A DNA stretch of 64,000 nt from Desulfurococcales archaeon (GTDB lineage Archaea; Thermoproteota; Thermoprotei_A; Sulfolobales; NBVN01): contig JALWZB010000061.1 in the NCBI GenBank assembly GCA_027002995.1, forward strand, positions 3,000 through 66,999, written 5' to 3'. The notes under the pieces were generated by a model, which did not search any database, was not told the origin of the DNA, and saw only the letters and a program-made list of their open reading frames with translations. Made by a program: the position numbers and the translations under genes. How positions within the stretch are numbered: position 1 is the first letter of the stretch; the number at the start of each line of letters is the position of its first letter. Below, one piece after another: positions 60,473 to 64,000 of this stretch.

Positions 60473-61990
60473 GTGCGTGTATTGAGCGTCGAGAGAGAGC
60501 AGAGAAGGAAGCTTAGGGAGGAGTTAATAGAGAGAGGAATTAACCCGTATCCACACATACCGAAGTTTAAGCCGATACCCATTAAAGAAATACTCTCCAA
60601 CCCTAACGTCGGAACTAAGGTTTCCGTTGCTGGACGCGTTGTTGCGGTGAGGAAGCACGGTAAGCTGGCATTCATAGATATCGTAGATGACGGCGCACGC
60701 ATTCAGTGCGCACTTAACGCGAGGGTCTTAGGTAAGGACAAGTTCAAGGAATTCTTCAGAATCATAGATCTTGGAGACTTCGTGAACATAACTGGTGAAC
60801 TCTTCGTAACGAAGAAAGGTGAACTCACCATCAACATCGAGGACTACCAGCTCCTTTCTAAAGCTCTGAGGTCACCACCGGTGAAGTGGGGGCATAGGTT
60901 ACTTGACCCTGAGGTTAGGTACAGGAAGCGCTACCTGGACATAATGATGACTCCTCAAGTGCGGCGGGTGCTTGAGATACGATTCAACACGATTAAGGAG
61001 ATCCGTAAGTTCATGTGGAGCCGTGGGTATGTGGAGGTCGAGACACCTGTCCTACAGCCTGTCTACGGCGGGGCGGCTGCGAGACCCTTTAAAACACATG
61101 TTTGGGCTCTGGAGGAGGATTGGTATCTGAGAATAAGCTTAGAGCTTTACTTAAAGAGGCTGATAGTTGCTGGCTTCAATAAGGTCTTCGAGATAGGGAA
61201 GAACTTCAGGAATGAGGATATAGACGTACTGCATAACCCTGAGTTCACGATGATGGAGTCTTACGAGGCGTACGCGGATTACAACAACATAATGCGCCTC
61301 ACGGAGGACCTCATAAGTGAGGTTGCGTTTAAGGTCCTTGGCACGACCCGCATACCTTACCCCGCCGATAACCCGGAGGTGGAGTTGAACCTGTCCCCAC
61401 CCTACAGGAGATTACGGTTAGTTGATGGACTCAGGGAATATGCTGGCATTAACGTTGAGGCGCTAAGCGATGACGACATAAAGGAGTTGCTCAGGAAGCA
61501 TCAGATCAGCCTAGCTGGGGGTTACGACCGTGGTAGGGCTATCGTCAAGCTATTCGATAAGCTAGTTGGGCGGGAGCACCTAATGCAGCCTACGTTCGTC
61601 ATAGACTTCCCAGCGTCCTCATCGCCTCTCACTAAACCGCATCGAGAGGACCCAAGGTACGCTGAGAGGTTCGAGCTATACATCGCGGGCATAGAGTTAG
61701 CTAACGCATACACCGAGCTTAATGACCCCGTGCTTCAGGAGCAGTACTTCCGCATAGAGGAGGAAAGGAAAAAGTTAGGTGATGAGGAAGCACATCCGTT
61801 CGATTGGGACTTCGTTGAGGCATTAGAGTACGGAATGCCTCCCACAGGCGGGCTCGGTGTGGGGATAGATAGGCTGGTGTTGATCCTAGCAGGTCAGACG
61901 TCGATAAAGGAGGTGATACCGTTCCCAATGGTTAAGAAGAGAGAACAAAGCAGGAGTGGGGAAAGCGAGGGTCAAACTGGTAAGGCGTAG
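60473..61990 (+). CDS. lysS: lysyl-tRNA synthetase, class II
   Basis: 505 aa. It has an N-terminal OB anticodon-binding domain (VSVAGRVVAVRKHGKLAFIDI), motif 2 (FEIGKNFRNEDID), and motif 3 (GGLGVGIDRLVLIL). Confidence 0.9.
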   Translation: MRVLSVEREQRRKLREELIERGINPYPHIPKFKPIPIKEILSNPNVGTKVSVAGRVVAVRKHGKLAFIDIVDDGARIQCALNARVLGKDKFKEFFRIIDLGDFVNITGELFVTKKGELTINIEDYQLLSKALRSPPVKWGHRLLDPEVRYRKRYLDIMMTPQVRRVLEIRFNTIKEIRKFMWSRGYVEVETPVLQPVYGGAAARPFKTHVWALEEDWYLRISLELYLKRLIVAGFNKVFEIGKNFRNEDIDVLHNPEFTMMESYEAYADYNNIMRLTEDLISEVAFKVLGTTRIPYPADNPEVELNLSPPYRRLRLVDGLREYAGINVEALSDDDIKELLRKHQISLAGGYDRGRAIVKLFDKLVGREHLMQPTFVIDFPASSSPLTKPHREDPRYAERFELYIAGIELANAYTELNDPVLQEQYFRIEEERKKLGDEEAHPFDWDFVEALEYGMPPTGGLGVGIDRLVLILAGQTSIKEVIPFPMVKKREQSRSGESEGQTGKA

Positions 61991-63006
61991 CCTGGTTCTT
62001 CTGCGCCTCCTAGTAGAAGCACGTAGGTACCTGATGGGATGATGCGCTCCAGCACCCCTCGAAGCCTGAGTCTTCCTCCTCTAAATAGCGTGTAGTTGAA
62101 GAGACCCTCGTACGTTATCACTAAGTCCAAGTTTCTTGCGAGTTCTGCACGATTCACGCTATTACTTGAAACCTCACGCACATTAATCACGGCGCTAATT
62201 GACGCGGATCCCGGGTAGAAAAGGGCTGAGCACTGCCATGGCTCCACATACGCCTCGACTTCCGCGATGCCTATTGGTTGGAATGCTCTCTCACCGTACC
62301 TTCCGCATGTGTCGCTTACAAACGTTATGCCTACTGGGCGATCCTTAACCGCTATTCTCGCGTATGGGGGATAGAGTGAAGCGACTATCTCTGGAGGTAG
62401 GTTAAGTGATCTTGACTTCCTGAGTATTCGTGCTTCGAAGACGTTCTTAGGGAGTTCATTAAACCTCCTTAGATGTGTGGTAGCTACAGTCGTCGCTTCC
62501 CTGCAACCGTAGATTATTAGGTTCACATCGGAGAACTTAGTGCTGTGCATTTTAGCGAGTATTGAACCCGTCACCCCAATCTTACTCAAGCTAATGCCGC
62601 TGGCATCAGCCACTATTGTGGCGGCTGAGAGGGCGTCCTCCTCGACCTCGTCGTTTATTGTGCATAGGAGTTCCGCTATCCTTGACTCCGGTGTTAACCA
62701 TTCTCTAATTGAGGATACGGGTAGCTTGGGTGTGGGAGCCCCAATTATGGGGTCCTTCTCAATCACGCCGTGTTTCTGGGATGCTTCCCTCATCAGCTTC
62801 ACGTCATAGTGTTTCAACACACGTTCGTAGTAGGTGTTGAACCTCCTCCACTGGGTTACCTTGCTCGTCGGTACGTACTTAACGTAAGCTATGACCTGAC
62901 CTGGTGGGTGGGTATTCCCCACCACAACATGTATCCTGCCTCGCTTATCGATTAGTAAGTCATGATCCCTGAACCCGCGTTCGTCAGACGGTTTGCTATA
63001 AATCAT
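61972..63006 (-). CDS. Pol-beta-superfamily nucleotidyltransferase-like protein
   Basis: 344 aa. GVTGSILAKMHSTKFSDVNLIIYG fits the G-S...[DE]h[DE]h NTase signature. The rest is unrecognised. Its 3' end overlaps lysS convergently by 19 nt. Confidence 0.45.
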   Translation of the reverse strand: MIYSKPSDERGFRDHDLLIDKRGRIHVVVGNTHPPGQVIAYVKYVPTSKVTQWRRFNTYYERVLKHYDVKLMREASQKHGVIEKDPIIGAPTPKLPVSSIREWLTPESRIAELLCTINDEVEEDALSAATIVADASGISLSKIGVTGSILAKMHSTKFSDVNLIIYGCREATTVATTHLRRFNELPKNVFEARILRKSRSLNLPPEIVASLYPPYARIAVKDRPVGITFVSDTCGRYGERAFQPIGIAEVEAYVEPWQCSALFYPGSASISAVINVREVSSNSVNRAELARNLDLVITYEGLFNYTLFRGGRLRLRGVLERIIPSGTYVLLLGGAEEPGYALPV

Positions 63007-63131
63007 CGGTCATACCGCCTTCCTCATCATCCGAGGCGAATTAAGCTTCCACTCATTATAATTTTACCCCTTCAGCGATAGAATTAACTGCGGCACCAAC
63101 CTAATTACGTATAAGTAACGTATATTCAACG

Positions 63132-64000
63132 GTGCCTAGCGACTTGAGGGATGAGGTAGTGATTAAGTTCTCCGCCGGCGTGATCGGTGATGACCTTAGC
63201 TTCGTGAGCGATGGCCTAAGCCTCATCGTGAACGATGGCATCATAACGGGCATTGAGGGCGGGAACACGGTCCCCGACATCGACCTCTCATGCTGCATGG
63301 TAATGCCCCCAGTAGCGAACATGCATGTCCACGTACTTGACTACGTGGCGCCGGAGTCCGGGCTGGATTTAAGTATCAATGAGGTTGTTGGCGAGCCCCA
63401 CGGCATTAAGTACAGGTTAATTAGGAAGGTCTCGAAGAAGGACTTACTCCAAGTCGTGAGGGAGTTCAGGGCCCTCTCCTGGAGATTGGGGGTAGGCTTC
63501 ATAGCTGAGTTTAGGGAGTTGGGCACATACGGATTATCGGTTGATAGGGATGAGCGCCCTTACGGTCACTTCGTCCTAGGCATGCCGTCCACGCACGACC
63601 CACGTGCTGTGAGGAGCGAATTGCCTGAGCTTTTAGAGCAGAGTGATGGATTGGGTATTTCTTCTCCTCTTTACTTTAGCGAGGATACCTTGAGTTACCT
63701 TATTTCGGAGTTCAAGAGGAAGGGTAAGCCTGTATTCTCCCACGTATCCGAGACCAAGGAGACGTGGGAGTTGAGGGATTTTGATTTAATCCTTAGGGTT
63801 GGCCCACCAGATACAGTTATTCATGGAACTTGGTTACGTAGTGAGGAATTGCGGACTCTATCATCACGTAGTGTAAACTTAGTTCTCTGCGTTAGGTCTA
63901 ATGAGTGGTTTAAGGTGGGTCTCCCTGATCTCAAGGCTGTTTATGAGTCCAGGGTTAGCATTTCTTTAGGGACGGATAACTGTGGCTGGGTTAAACCAGA
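63132..64000 (+). CDS. amidohydrolase-superfamily protein (chlorohydrolase/deaminase-like), 5' part; gene runs off the right edge
   Basis: Open frame from the GTG at 63132 with no stop to the window end, so it is absent from the track. My translation is VPSDLRDEVVIKFSAGVIGDD...VMPPVANMHVHVLDY (HxH metal motif)...FSHVSET...ISLGTDN. Confidence 0.65.
   Translation, partial: MPSDLRDEVVIKFSAGVIGDDLSFVSDGLSLIVNDGIITGIEGGNTVPDIDLSCCMVMPPVANMHVHVLDYVAPESGLDLSINEVVGEPHGIKYRLIRKVSKKDLLQVVREFRALSWRLGVGFIAEFRELGTYGLSVDRDERPYGHFVLGMPSTHDPRAVRSELPELLEQSDGLGISSPLYFSEDTLSYLISEFKRKGKPVFSHVSETKETWELRDFDLILRVGPPDTVIHGTWLRSEELRTLSSRSVNLVLCVRSNEWFKVGLPDLKAVYESRVSISLGTDNCGWVKP

Noticed and set aside
60473-61990. 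Class II LysRS in an archaeon as a possible horizontal transfer.
   Set aside because: As far as I recall, crenarchaea such as Sulfolobus, Aeropyrum and Pyrobaculum normally carry the class II enzyme. It is therefore expected rather than anomalous, and I cannot verify it further from sequence alone.
1-64000. I searched for CRISPR arrays, rRNA genes and tRNA genes (T-arm GGTTCRAAUC-like strings, regularly spaced direct repeats).
   Set aside because: I found none by eye in any spacer. This scan is not exhaustive inside coding regions, and a tRNAscan or CRISPR finder run would be needed to be definitive.

Overview
Gene-dense chromosomal segment of about 70 genes on both strands. It most likely comes from a hyperthermophilic crenarchaeon of the Thermoproteales type. 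That placement is an inference from several features: an eL38 ribosomal protein gene, archaeal class III (type IV pilin-like) signal peptides, box C/D sRNAs, BRE/TATA promoters with short or no leaders, frequent GTG/TTG starts, and 1-4 nt gene overlaps.

Most of the window is housekeeping. Recognisable genes include:
- Ion and metal transport: a P-type ATPase and a ZnuABC-like metal uptake operon with a DtxR/MntR regulator.
- Thiamine metabolism: Thi4, plus a YkoDCE-type ECF transporter with TenA.
- Proteases and peptidases: an M24 peptidase and TldD/PmbA.
- DNA and RNA functions: NucS, Taw1, a ValRS-like protein and class II LysRS.
- Central metabolism: a CysK-like enzyme, the alpha subunit of ADP-forming acyl-CoA synthetase, ROK glucokinase, PyrF, RibB, RpiA and TrxB.
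- Others: asparaginase, two PAC2 paralogs and Hsp20.

The left edge carries the 5' part of an IS200/IS605 TnpB-like gene. The right edge carries the 5' part of an amidohydrolase gene. Both are open-ended and therefore absent from the supplied ORF track.

I found no rRNA, tRNA or CRISPR array. I did find three box C/D sRNA candidates by reading the intergenic DNA. One is fully canonical. All three lie immediately 3' of minus-strand ORFs.

The regions most worth follow-up are:
1. A ValRS-like synthetase with the HIGH motif lost and KMSKS degenerate, translationally coupled to a radical-SAM gene.
2. Three surface proteins with pilin-type signal peptides: a 3x PA14 protein, and a small-plus-giant pair.
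3. An overlapping pair of 107-aa genes that resembles a toxin-antitoxin module.
4. A wHTH plus ParA/MinD-like cassette.
5. An AT-rich two-gene island of secreted orphan proteins.
6. A DtxR-family gene whose DNA-binding domain is only reachable through a +1 shift at a G5A5 run.
7. A type-I membrane protein with a cytoplasmic C-terminal wHTH.

All family calls rest on motif recognition by eye. No database search was possible.
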